A stretch of DNA of 59,183 nt from the NCBI RefSeq assembly GCF_033791525.1, contig NZ_JASJGN010000389.1, positions 1 to 59,183 of the forward strand, read 5' to 3'. Shown here piece by piece: positions 29,725 through 38,701 of this stretch. Positions within the stretch are counted from its first letter, which is position 1; each line of letters starts with the position of its first letter. Below the pieces are notes generated by a model that was not told the origin of the DNA, did no database searches, and was given only the letters and a program-made list of their open reading frames with translations. The DNA is from Desulfosarcina sp. GTDB lineage: Bacteria; Desulfobacterota; Desulfobacteria; Desulfobacterales; Desulfosarcinaceae. A program made the translations under genes and the position numbers.

Positions 29725-30509
29725 CCGCATCGGTGGCCATGATCCCCTACACCAACATGGCGCCTTACCGGCAACTAGGTGCTCCCCGGGGATGCCGGTT
29801 CGTGCCGGTGATACCCAGGGCAAGCATTGGGGCCCTCTTGTCCGGGGAGGTCGTTGCCGCTGCCGTGCCGGTCGGCGGACTAAAGGCGCTTGACGGGGTG
29901 GTGGAAACGGTGGGGCGCTTCGGCATTGCCGCCGACGGTGAATGCATGAGCGTGCTTTTTTTCTCACGCCTCCCCTTTGAGGAGATACACTCACCGAGAA
30001 CCATCCGGGTGACCGGCGAGTCTGCTTCAAGCGTCCGGCTGCTGTACCTGCTTTTGGGGAACTTCCACGGGTTCAGTCGGCTTCCGCATATTGCGGCCGT
30101 TGGCCGGGTTCCGGATGGGGAATTGCTGATCGGTGACCGTGCCCTGGTAAAAGGTCAGACAGCTGGTGGTGCACAGCCATTATTCATCACCGACCTTTCC
30201 CGCAAATGGTTCGAGATCCATCGGCTTCCCTTTGTCTTTGCCCGGTGGGTGGTGAGAAAAGACGCTTCCCAAGCGATCAAATCGACCATTTCAGACTGGC
30301 TGGACGAATTTAGGGTCCGAGAGCCCTCCCTGGTTGAACAGGCCGTACCGGGGGCAGCCGGAGCCCTCAACCTTCCACCCGCCATTATCCGGCGGTATTT
30401 TCAAGTCATCCGGCGGAGCCTGGACGAGCGGGATATCTGCGGTCAACAATTATTTTTCAGGCAGTTTGAGGAACTGGGCCGCAGCCCGCTTTTTCAAACT
30501 GACGGTTGA
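29721..30509 (+). CDS. mqnA: Chorismate dehydratase
   Basis: IPYTNMAP, SASSVRL, LLIGDRAL, LPFVFARW. Confidence 0.88.
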   Translation: MTASVAMIPYTNMAPYRQLGAPRGCRFVPVIPRASIGALLSGEVVAAAVPVGGLKALDGVVETVGRFGIAADGECMSVLFFSRLPFEEIHSPRTIRVTGESASSVRLLYLLLGNFHGFSRLPHIAAVGRVPDGELLIGDRALVKGQTAGGAQPLFITDLSRKWFEIHRLPFVFARWVVRKDASQAIKSTISDWLDEFRVREPSLVEQAVPGAAGALNLPPAIIRRYFQVIRRSLDERDICGQQLFFRQFEELGRSPLFQTDG

Positions 30510-30542
30510 GTCAGTCAATAAATCATCAAAGCCAAAAAACAA

Positions 30543-31670
30543 ATGACAAGTAAATCACAATTGCCAAATCCAAAACCCGAGAAAAAACACCGTTATAGTC
30601 GCGCCCAGGCACTTGAACTGCTCTCCGATTTACCGATGGGACAGCTGATGAATCTGGCGCACCAGGAGCGCGTCCGGCGTTTTCCGGACGGCACGGTTAC
30701 CTTTGTGGTGGATACCAATCCCAATTACACCAATGTTTGTGTGACCGGATGTGCCTTTTGCGCCTTCTGCCGAAAAAACCACGATGCAGACGCATATCTG
30801 CTCAGCCCACAGGAGCTGGCGGAGAAAGTGGCAACCGCTGCCGCTAAAGGCGCGACCACGGTGCTGCTCCAGGGCGGGCACAATCCAAAAGTCAGGCTCA
30901 GAGACTGGCAGGCCTACATTGCGACCATCAACAGCGCCTGTCCGCATGTGCACATCCATCCATTCAGCCCGGCCGAGATCATTTTCATGGCCGGCCGGGA
31001 GAATTGTTCCGTTACCGATGTGCTGCAGACCTTGTGGGATGCCGGTATTCGAACCATCCCCGGCGGGGGTGCCGAAATTCTCACTGAATCGGTTCGCAAG
31101 ATTATCGCCTCCCGCAAGGCCACCACCGACCAGTGGCTCGACGTCTGCGAAAAGGCCCACTGCATCGGGTTCAAGACCACCGCCACAATGATGTTCGGCC
31201 ATGTGGAAACCGATGATGACATCATCGACCATTTTTTCCGGCTGCGTCACCTGCAGGATCGCACCTCGGGATTTACCAGTTTTATCCCCTGGTCATTCAA
31301 ACCGGGCCGGACACCGCTGTCTCAACAGGTGAAATATCCCGCCCACCCGGCCAAATACGTGCGAATCATCGCCGTGGCCCGGCTGGTGCTGGATAATTTT
31401 CCCCATATTCAGTCATCCTGGTTTTCGGAAAACATTTCCGCCGGGCAGCTGGGGCTTCTGGCAGGGGCTGATGATTTTGGCGGGGTGCTGGTGGAAGAAC
31501 ATGTCCACAAAGAGGCCGGTCACGACCGCCAGGCTTCCGTTGGGGCTGTCGTCACCATCATCCGCCGGGCCGGTTTTACACCGGCAAGGCGGGACTCCTT
31601 CTACCGGATTCAGGAAACCATGCCCCCACCGGTGCCGGTTGGCGTTGGGTCAATTAATGCTGATCGGTGA
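30543..31670 (+). CDS. mqnC: Cyclic dehypoxanthine futalosine synthase (radical SAM)
   Basis: DTNPNYTNVCVTGCAFC, LLQGG, PGGGAEIL, TATMMFGH, HIQSSW. The start lies within repeat-derived sequence. Confidence 0.88.
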   Translation: MTSKSQLPNPKPEKKHRYSRAQALELLSDLPMGQLMNLAHQERVRRFPDGTVTFVVDTNPNYTNVCVTGCAFCAFCRKNHDADAYLLSPQELAEKVATAAAKGATTVLLQGGHNPKVRLRDWQAYIATINSACPHVHIHPFSPAEIIFMAGRENCSVTDVLQTLWDAGIRTIPGGGAEILTESVRKIIASRKATTDQWLDVCEKAHCIGFKTTATMMFGHVETDDDIIDHFFRLRHLQDRTSGFTSFIPWSFKPGRTPLSQQVKYPAHPAKYVRIIAVARLVLDNFPHIQSSWFSENISAGQLGLLAGADDFGGVLVEEHVHKEAGHDRQASVGAVVTIIRRAGFTPARRDSFYRIQETMPPPVPVGVGSINADR

Positions 31671-31770
31671 AAAGTGAAGGGGGTTGAACGAATCCTGCCC
31701 TTTTTTTAAACCAGCAGAACCCATCCACCCCATAAAACCACTTCCACGGATTTTAACGCTCCCCACGCAC

Positions 31771-32796
31771 TCAGTTTTCATCCGTAGGCGTCGTATGCCC
31801 CTTAAAGGCTTTTTCCGCTTCCGCTTCCAACATTTCGGGACAGTCCGCGTAGCGGGGAGAGTGGTGGAACAGGTGGTACTGCCTCACCCGGCAGGAACGG
31901 GCGATTTCGCCTGCCTGACGGGCGGTGAGATGACGTTTTCGTTCGGCGATGTCCCGGTCAGCATGAGAAAAAGCCGCTTCGATGAACAGATGATCCACAT
32001 CAGCTGAAAGATCACGGATTTTTTTTAAATTCTCGCCGGTTCCGGCGGCGTCGGCCACGTATGCCAGACTCTGGCCCGGTGTGATGCGTGCAATGGCTGA
32101 TTGCAGTTCTACCAGGGGAAACCGCAATTCGGAGCCCGGATGGTCAGGTGATGGAATCTCCACCGGCGTTTGCGGGTCAGCGCCGCTGTAGAGCATGGCC
32201 TTGAAGCGGTTCAGCCATGGGCCGGGTTTCAATTCCAGGCTTTCCAGCTGCCCTTTCATGATGTTGATGTGAAATCGTTCGTGCAGGGCAAAGCCTAAAA
32301 CGGGGATGCCGTGGTCGAGATGCACCGCACTCACCGTTAAGCCCGGTTCACCGAGGACGGTGCCGTCAAAGGGTATTTCCCGGATGCTGGCATTGGCCGT
32401 AAACCCGTTATGGCATGGGTAGCTTTTGACGATGGCCCGGTTCGGATGCAGTTCGATGGCTTGAAGGATGAATCGGTTCTGGTACTTTTCCACCAGATTC
32501 CAGCAATAACCGGCCAGTTTCCCCTCCAGGTTTGCCAGAAAGCCCTGCGGACCCCACAGGAAAAGGTCCTTGTCCCGGCCGAGGAAAATTCGCAGCAGTC
32601 GATCGAACCCCACAAAATGATCCATGTGTGTGTGGGTGATAAAAATGTGGGTAATCTTGAGAATATCACGAGAAGATAGGGATGCAATATCTCCCAGATC
32701 AAAGAGCATGGCGCGGTTTTGGTAACGAAAGGGGACGAACAGGGCAGGATCGTCAAAAGGACTGTTGACCAGTCGGGGGAGGAAACTCGGGCCCAT
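31771..32796 (-). CDS. rnz: Ribonuclease Z-like metallo-beta-lactamase
   Basis: THTHMDH, LDHGIP, EAAF, HLTA, HHSPRY. Start moved to ATG 32796. Confidence 0.8.
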   Translation of the reverse strand: MGPSFLPRLVNSPFDDPALFVPFRYQNRAMLFDLGDIASLSSRDILKITHIFITHTHMDHFVGFDRLLRIFLGRDKDLFLWGPQGFLANLEGKLAGYCWNLVEKYQNRFILQAIELHPNRAIVKSYPCHNGFTANASIREIPFDGTVLGEPGLTVSAVHLDHGIPVLGFALHERFHINIMKGQLESLELKPGPWLNRFKAMLYSGADPQTPVEIPSPDHPGSELRFPLVELQSAIARITPGQSLAYVADAAGTGENLKKIRDLSADVDHLFIEAAFSHADRDIAERKRHLTARQAGEIARSCRVRQYHLFHHSPRYADCPEMLEAEAEKAFKGHTTPTDEN

Positions 32797-32804
32797 GGTT
32801 TCGC

Positions 32805-33224
32805 TCAGGGAAGAAGCTTGGCAACCTGCTTGTGGACGCATAGGTAGATGTCTGCGTCCGATCCGAAGATGTCCACCACCGATTTGTGGTTAATCAGCTT
32901 TTCGATGACGAAGGCGGTCAAAAAAAGGCTGATCACGTTGGGCTGCTGGACCAGATTCCTGAAGGGCGCGATCTGGTAGTCCACATCAAACTCATCGGCA
33001 TGACACAGTGTTTCCAGACAATTGAGAATCTGTTCTTCCAGAGCGTTTTTGTTGGTGGTCTCCACCAGGTGCTCTTCCACCAGTTTCATGGCGATAGGAT
33101 TGGCGAACCGGGTCGGATCATCCCTTACGATGTTGATTGCTGCGCGTCTGGCATGCTCTTTAGAAGATTCGATTCTAGAAAGAATACTGGATTCGCGATT
33201 GCTGGGTCTGAAAACTTTTGCCAT
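32805..33224 (-). CDS. Hypothetical protein, 139 aa
   Basis: Well-formed ORF co-oriented between recJ and rnz; family not recognised. Confidence 0.7.
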   Translation of the reverse strand: MAKVFRPSNRESSILSRIESSKEHARRAAINIVRDDPTRFANPIAMKLVEEHLVETTNKNALEEQILNCLETLCHADEFDVDYQIAPFRNLVQQPNVISLFLTAFVIEKLINHKSVVDIFGSDADIYLCVHKQVAKLLP

Positions 33225-33377
33225 GGAAGGTCACCTGTGGTTAATGGATTGGCACATGCCATTTGACTGTCTCTATATAGGAAAGATGTCCAGGCCATTG
33301 CAAGCAAAAAAAAGTAAAGTGTCGATTAAAAGATCGGTGCGAAGGGTTCGCGGGTACAGACCTTTACCCACCAACCA

Positions 33378-35102
33378 TCAGGATCCCGGGTCGACATCTT
33401 CGATGATGAGTTGAAGGCGCTTTCTGCCGTTCCAGTAATTCCATTGGGGCCTATATGCAATTTTCGTAAATCGGTCCACCCCCGGCGGCACACCCGCAAC
33501 GTTGAACTGTATGGCCGGGTGTTTTCCACCCTTCCCGGATTCGCTTTCCAGAACCATCTGGCAGTGGCGATCACCGACGGTTTTACTTGCGTGTACCCGC
33601 ACCCCGGTGTCCATGAAAAGCGGGTAGGGATTACCCTGGCCGAATGGCTCGAGGCGGTCCAGACTGTTCATCAGGTCCGGGGTGATCGTGTCCAGTGGAA
33701 CGTGGGCATCAATTGACAGTGTCGGTTCAGGGTCAAGATTGGCCGCCATTTGACCCACAACCGTTTCCAAACGGCTTCTGAATGCGGCGATATTGGCAGT
33801 GGGGAGCGACAGTCCCGCCGCCAGGGGATGTCCACCGAATCGATCCAGAAGATCCACACATCGCTTCAAAACGGCCGACAGGTCAATGCCGTCGATGCTG
33901 CGGGCCGATCCCTTGCCCATGCCGTTACGGGTGCTGATCACGACTGCGGGCCGATTGAACTGGCGGACCAGGCGGGAGGCGACAATGCCCAGAATCCCCT
34001 CGTGCCAGCGATTGCCATCCATGACCAACACCGGCTGGGCCATCTGCCCAGGTGGGCGGGGCAGGCTGTCCAGGATCGTTTCCAGCAGGTGTTGTTCCAT
34101 GGATCGGCGCCGATTGTTTAGTCTGCAGAGGGCCTTGGCCAGGCGGTCGGCTTTTTGACGGTCATCGGTGAGCAGCAACTCGCAGGCCATGCGGGCGTGC
34201 ACCAGGCGGCCGGCCGCGTTGAGACGGGGCGCCAGTCTGAATGCGATGGCTTCCGCATCCGTCGGGGTGTCCGGCGACCCGCTCATGCGCATCAATGCAG
34301 CAATGCCGGGACGAGCACACTGGTTTATTTGTCGAAGGCCGGCGGTTGCCAGTGCGCGGTTCTCGCCGATCAGCGGAGCGACATCGGCGATTGTGCCCAC
34401 CGCCACTAAATCGCACAGGTGTTTCAGATTGGGTTCACGGCGGTTTTTCCAGAACCCCGTTTTTCTCAGGTGGGCTCGCAGGGCAATGATCAGGTAAAAG
34501 GCCACTCCCACGCCGGCCAGATGAGCAAGATTCGCATGGCATTCAGGCCGGGTGGGGTTGATCACGGCGACGGCATCATCGGGAATTCTGGCAACCGGAT
34601 GATGGTCGGTGACGATGGTATGGATGCCGGCTTGCCGGGCGACAGATACGGCGTCGCTGCTGCCTGAGCCGCAGTCCACGGTAATGATCAGGTCGACGCC
34701 GGCCGGAATCGCCCGACTGTTGATGAAATCGGTGCCCAGTCCGTAGCCGTCGGCAATCCGGTGGGGGATGTAATAGCTGGCCCGTGCACCACAGTGTCTG
34801 AGAAAGGCGATGAGCGCCGCTGTGGCGGTGATGCCGTCGGCATCGTAATCACCGAATACGAGAATTTTTTCGTCATTCTCCAGGGCACGGTGAATACGCA
34901 GGACCGCGTCGCCCATACCAGCCAGTTCCATTGGCGGGGTAAGATCGCTTAACGAGGGATGAAGAAATCGGGTGGCCTGGACCTTGGATTGGATGCCCCG
35001 AATGGCCAGAAGCCTTGCGACAAGCGGGCTGCATTGAACCTGACGGGACAGGCTGCGAACCATTTCCCGGTCCGGGTTGATGGTCTGCCATTGTTTTTCC
35101 AT
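33378..35102 (-). CDS. recJ: ssDNA exonuclease RecJ
   Basis: GDYDADG, ITVDCG, TDHH, GTIADV, PRLNAAGRL, GSARS, FGGH. Confidence 0.96.
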   Translation of the reverse strand: MEKQWQTINPDREMVRSLSRQVQCSPLVARLLAIRGIQSKVQATRFLHPSLSDLTPPMELAGMGDAVLRIHRALENDEKILVFGDYDADGITATAALIAFLRHCGARASYYIPHRIADGYGLGTDFINSRAIPAGVDLIITVDCGSGSSDAVSVARQAGIHTIVTDHHPVARIPDDAVAVINPTRPECHANLAHLAGVGVAFYLIIALRAHLRKTGFWKNRREPNLKHLCDLVAVGTIADVAPLIGENRALATAGLRQINQCARPGIAALMRMSGSPDTPTDAEAIAFRLAPRLNAAGRLVHARMACELLLTDDRQKADRLAKALCRLNNRRRSMEQHLLETILDSLPRPPGQMAQPVLVMDGNRWHEGILGIVASRLVRQFNRPAVVISTRNGMGKGSARSIDGIDLSAVLKRCVDLLDRFGGHPLAAGLSLPTANIAAFRSRLETVVGQMAANLDPEPTLSIDAHVPLDTITPDLMNSLDRLEPFGQGNPYPLFMDTGVRVHASKTVGDRHCQMVLESESGKGGKHPAIQFNVAGVPPGVDRFTKIAYRPQWNYWNGRKRLQLIIEDVDPGS

Positions 35103-35217
35103 AGATGGGGCATATCTTATTAACCGGTTGCGAACAAGAAAGAAACTCCGTGACGTCGCTCAGGGCATTTCTGCCGGTTTCGGGTTGTCAACGGCAAAGG
35201 TCAGGTGATAGGCAACA

Positions 35218-35505
35218 GTGGAAACAACCAGACGCGTTTACCGGGTAGACCGGTGTCAGATCGGCTTTGTCAAATTCATCCTTGAGGCCTATGACAACGT
35301 GGCCGTCATGTCCACCCTAAACCCCCAGCAGGGCCTGGTGCAGATCATCATCGCGCCGGGCTGTGAAACGATGGTGGACGGCATCATGGCCGGTTTTGCC
35401 GGCGAGGTGGCGGTGGTTCCGGTTGACGATGCAGTTTCGGACGGCCTTGCGGATGATAATTTCAGATGGCCGGCCGGTGATAACGGAAAGGTGGCCGTTG
35501 AATAG
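35218..35505 (+). CDS. DUF4911-like small protein
   Basis: IGFVKFILEAYDNVA.MST...PG pattern; upstream of miaB. Confidence 0.7.
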   Translation: METTRRVYRVDRCQIGFVKFILEAYDNVAVMSTLNPQQGLVQIIIAPGCETMVDGIMAGFAGEVAVVPVDDAVSDGLADDNFRWPAGDNGKVAVE

Positions 35506-35523
35506 AAGGGATCGATTCTTTTG

Positions 35524-36945
35524 ATGAAGCCAAAATTGCTCCATATCAGCACCATCGGTTGCCAGATGAACGTATACGACGCCAATCAGATTGCCGGTGT
35601 GCTGGCGCCTTTGGGATATATCGGAACCGATGCGATCGAATCGGCGGACATGGTCATTGTCAACACGTGCACCATCCGTGAAAAAGCGGAGCAGAAGGCC
35701 TTCAGTTATCTTGGGCGACTGGCCAAAATCAAAATCGCCAACCCGTCCCTGATTGTGGCCGTAGGCGGTTGCGTGGCCCAGCAGGAAGGCGAAACCATTT
35801 TAAAACGCATGCCCCATGTGGACCTGGTTTTCGGGACGCATGCGATTTTCCGCCTGCCCGAGATGGTCCGTCGTATCGAATCCTCCCGGTGCCGCATCGT
35901 GGACGTACGGCTGTCGGACACCATCGATGTGGATGGCCCGGTGGCCGGCCCGGTATCCGACGGCCAGGTGTCGGCATTTGTCACCATTGTGCGCGGGTGC
36001 GACAACTACTGCACGTATTGTGTGGTGCCCCATGTCCGCGGACGTGAGGCCAGCCGCGATCCGGACCGCATCATAGAAGAGATTCGGATGCGAGTGGAAC
36101 AAGGTGTCCGAGAGGTGACCCTTCTTGGCCAGAATGTCAACAGCTACGGGAGCAAAGAGGGGCTTTGCAGCTTTGCCGAATTACTGGCGCGGGTGGATGG
36201 TGTCGATGGGTTGAGCCGGATACGGTTCACCACCTCCCATCCCAAAGACCTTTCCGATGATCTGATTCGCACGTTTGGCCGTCTTGAAAAACTGTGCCAC
36301 CACATCCATCTGCCGGTGCAATCCGGTGATGATGGGATATTAAAGCGCATGAACCGCAAGTATACCCGTAACGCCTACCTTGAAAAGATCGCCGGGCTCA
36401 GGACGGCATGCCCCGATATCGCCATTACCTCTGATTTTATCGTGGGGTTTCCCGGTGAAACCGATCGTCAATTTCAGGCCACGTTGGGCCTGATTGAAAG
36501 CGTCCGGTACGACGGGCTCTTCGCATTCATGTACTCGGATCGGCCCAACGCCCCGGCCGCCGCCTTTTCCGGCAAGATTGCCGAATCGGTTAAAAAGGAG
36601 CGACTTCAGGCACTGCTGAATCTTCAGGAAACCATCACGCGGGAAAAGCACCAGGCCATCGTCGGCCAGACCCTGCAAATTCTGGTGGAAGGTCCCAGCC
36701 GGGGTCTCAAATCCGATGACACCGACAGTGCATCCCAGCCCGTCCGATGGTCCGGCCGCGCATCATCCAACCACATCATCCATTTTGCCGTTCCCGACGA
36801 CCTGTTGACCAAGAAAGAACTGTTGACAGGGACCTTTGCGGATATAATGATAGAGGGAGCCCACGCGCACTCGTTGTGGGGGCGGCTGATTCGCGGACCC
36901 AAGAACGCCGCACCAGGAAAAGGAGAGACGACCATTGCTGCATAA
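35524..36945 (+). CDS. miaB: tRNA-i6A37 methylthiotransferase
   Basis: GCQMN, NTCTIRE, GCVAQ, CDNYCTYC, LLGQNVNSY, TTSHP; TRAM-like tail. Confidence 0.95.
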   Translation: MKPKLLHISTIGCQMNVYDANQIAGVLAPLGYIGTDAIESADMVIVNTCTIREKAEQKAFSYLGRLAKIKIANPSLIVAVGGCVAQQEGETILKRMPHVDLVFGTHAIFRLPEMVRRIESSRCRIVDVRLSDTIDVDGPVAGPVSDGQVSAFVTIVRGCDNYCTYCVVPHVRGREASRDPDRIIEEIRMRVEQGVREVTLLGQNVNSYGSKEGLCSFAELLARVDGVDGLSRIRFTTSHPKDLSDDLIRTFGRLEKLCHHIHLPVQSGDDGILKRMNRKYTRNAYLEKIAGLRTACPDIAITSDFIVGFPGETDRQFQATLGLIESVRYDGLFAFMYSDRPNAPAAAFSGKIAESVKKERLQALLNLQETITREKHQAIVGQTLQILVEGPSRGLKSDDTDSASQPVRWSGRASSNHIIHFAVPDDLLTKKELLTGTFADIMIEGAHAHSLWGRLIRGPKNAAPGKGETTIAA

Positions 36946-37432
36946 GGTAAACATCGCGGGTCTGGCCATGGATCCTGCGTCAAATACGCCCATTATCCTT
37001 TTGAAAACCGAAGAGGGGGATAAAACCCTTCCCATTTGGATCGGGTTGCTTGAGGCGACCTCCATCGCGTCGGCCCTTCAGGACATTCAATTTGACCGGC
37101 CCATGACCCATGATTTGTTTAAGAACCTGACTCAGGTGCTCAATGTCCACATCAATCGGATCGACATTTGCGACCTGAAAGAAAATACGTTCTTCGCAGA
37201 GATCCATTTTGCTTCGGAAGATCGGTCATTTACCATGGATGCCCGGCCCAGCGACGCCATCGCCTTGGCCCTGCGTTTTCATGCGCCCATTTTCGTAGAT
37301 GAGCGGGTAATGGAAAAATCGCAAAGCGGCAAGGTGACCGGAGAGGTTTTGGACGACAGCGAGGAGGGGAAAAAGTGGGCCAAATATCTTGAAAAACTCT
37401 CCCCCGAGGATTTCGGTAAATACAAAGTCTAA
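36935..37432 (+). CDS. Bifunctional nuclease family protein (DUF151)
   Basis: LPIWIG..EA, RPMTHDL, DARPSDAIALA. Confidence 0.9.
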   Translation: MLHKVNIAGLAMDPASNTPIILLKTEEGDKTLPIWIGLLEATSIASALQDIQFDRPMTHDLFKNLTQVLNVHINRIDICDLKENTFFAEIHFASEDRSFTMDARPSDAIALALRFHAPIFVDERVMEKSQSGKVTGEVLDDSEEGKKWAKYLEKLSPEDFGKYKV

Positions 37433-37470
37433 AATTAATTTCGGCAATCGAGGCCTCCCGTCAACATCCC

Positions 37471-37502
37471 AAAAGCCCGGCACTAACCTGTCGGGCTTTT
37501 TT
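37471..37502. terminator. Bidirectional Rho-independent terminator
   Basis: AAAAGCCCGGCA...TGTCGGGCTTTTTT. Confidence 0.8.
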
Positions 37503-37576
37503 GCGTTCTTGCCTTGAATACCGGATGGTGGGGCTCATGTTTCATTTTTAAGCGGCTATGATTAAAGATCGAAAAT

Positions 37577-37626
37577 ATACAATATATTGTGGTCTAACAT
37601 GTAGAAGATACCATATGGTGTTGACA
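37577..37626 (+). promoter_or_regulatory. Tandem NrdR-box-like palindromes abutting a TTGACA -35
   Basis: ATACAATATATTGTGG (37577-37592) and a weaker AGATACCATATGGTGT (37606-37621), then TTGACA (37621-37626). Confidence 0.5.
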
Positions 37627-37666
37627 AACCCCACCGGTTGAGGTAAATCCGGTCCACTCTCAACCA

Positions 37667-38050
37667 ATGAAAATCCCTCCAATCCAGGTGTCGCATATGT
37701 GCAAGGTTTTATTGATTGACGACGAAGAGATGATCCTCCAGCTCGTTGAGCAGGCCCTTCATCGACTGGACTATTCGGTCGAGACCGCGGAAAACGGCAG
37801 GAAGGGGATCGATAAGTTCGACGCGGGCATTTACGATCTGGTCATTACCGACGTCTGTATGCCGGAAACGGACGGCAATCGGGTCGTCGATCACATCCGT
37901 CATTCACCGCGCAACCGCACGCCGGTCATCGGGATGTCCGGCACACCGTGGAAACTGGCCAACCACATGTTCGATCGGGTGCTGTCCAAACCCTTTCAAC
38001 TCGACCGCCTAATGGAAACTGCAAAAACGCTGACTTTGCGGGCTTCGTGA
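37667..38050 (+). CDS. Single-domain response regulator receiver
   Basis: VLLIDDE, ITD (phospho-Asp), MSG, KPF. The start may be ATG 37697. Confidence 0.88.
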   Translation: MKIPPIQVSHMCKVLLIDDEEMILQLVEQALHRLDYSVETAENGRKGIDKFDAGIYDLVITDVCMPETDGNRVVDHIRHSPRNRTPVIGMSGTPWKLANHMFDRVLSKPFQLDRLMETAKTLTLRAS

Positions 38051-38074
38051 ACAGGCTTTCTGTAGCCTAAAAAT

Positions 38075-38297
38075 TGATGAACTGGTAACAAGTCGCATTT
38101 CCGACGGATTCGTAAAAAGCCCGAGATCAAGGCTTGCGGGCCGCGATAGCGAGCTTGAGCGAGCGAACAATAAATCGATCGCCATCCATTCGGCGAACAT
38201 TCATGTTCCATCCTGAGGAATGAGGCGTACTTACGGTACGCCGCAGTGACGAAGGATGAAGCGTAACGCAGATATCGGACTTTTTACGAATCCGTCA
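38075..38297. mobile_element. MITE-like repeat, copy 1
   Basis: TIRs GACGGATTCGTAAAAAG (from 38103) and CTTTTTACGAATCCGTC (to 38296), preceded by an extra degenerate left end; closely matches 47070-47311. Confidence 0.85.
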
Positions 38298-38701
38298 CCT
38301 TTAAGTTTGAATGAAAGCAAGCGCTTCGAACGAGGGTTATCGGATCGGCAACAGGGTTTACGCCGCCTGCAGCATTGGATTGCTTGGATCGGGCTTGACG
38401 ATGGCGTGCCCATTTTGAAATGGTACCGTGCTGTTCCGTTCTGAATGCAAATGCTATGGAATGCCTTGATGCAGCGCAGCTGCGCCGGTGTATCACTCAG
38501 CGTTCCTTTTTGGCGGGTTCCACCGATCTTCGGACTTGATCCGATCCACAATCATCCACTACTAATTGGCACGATGCAAAAGCCGTGTTTATATTCGGTT
38601 TCGGGCGCACATTGAAATAAAGAGCGACATCGTACATAGCTGTGTCGTTTTAAATGAAATAAACACTAGTGACAACAATCGTCCCCAGACAAGGAGATTC
38701 A

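Noticed and set aside
38231-38551. Cys/Ser-rich ORFs next to ycaO as a RiPP precursor
   Set aside because: They run into the MITE, have no RBS or leader/core organisation, and look like chance ORFs.
38566-38583. TTGGCACG upstream of ycaO as a sigma54 promoter
   Set aside because: The -24 element is good, but the -12 position reads AAAA rather than TTGC.
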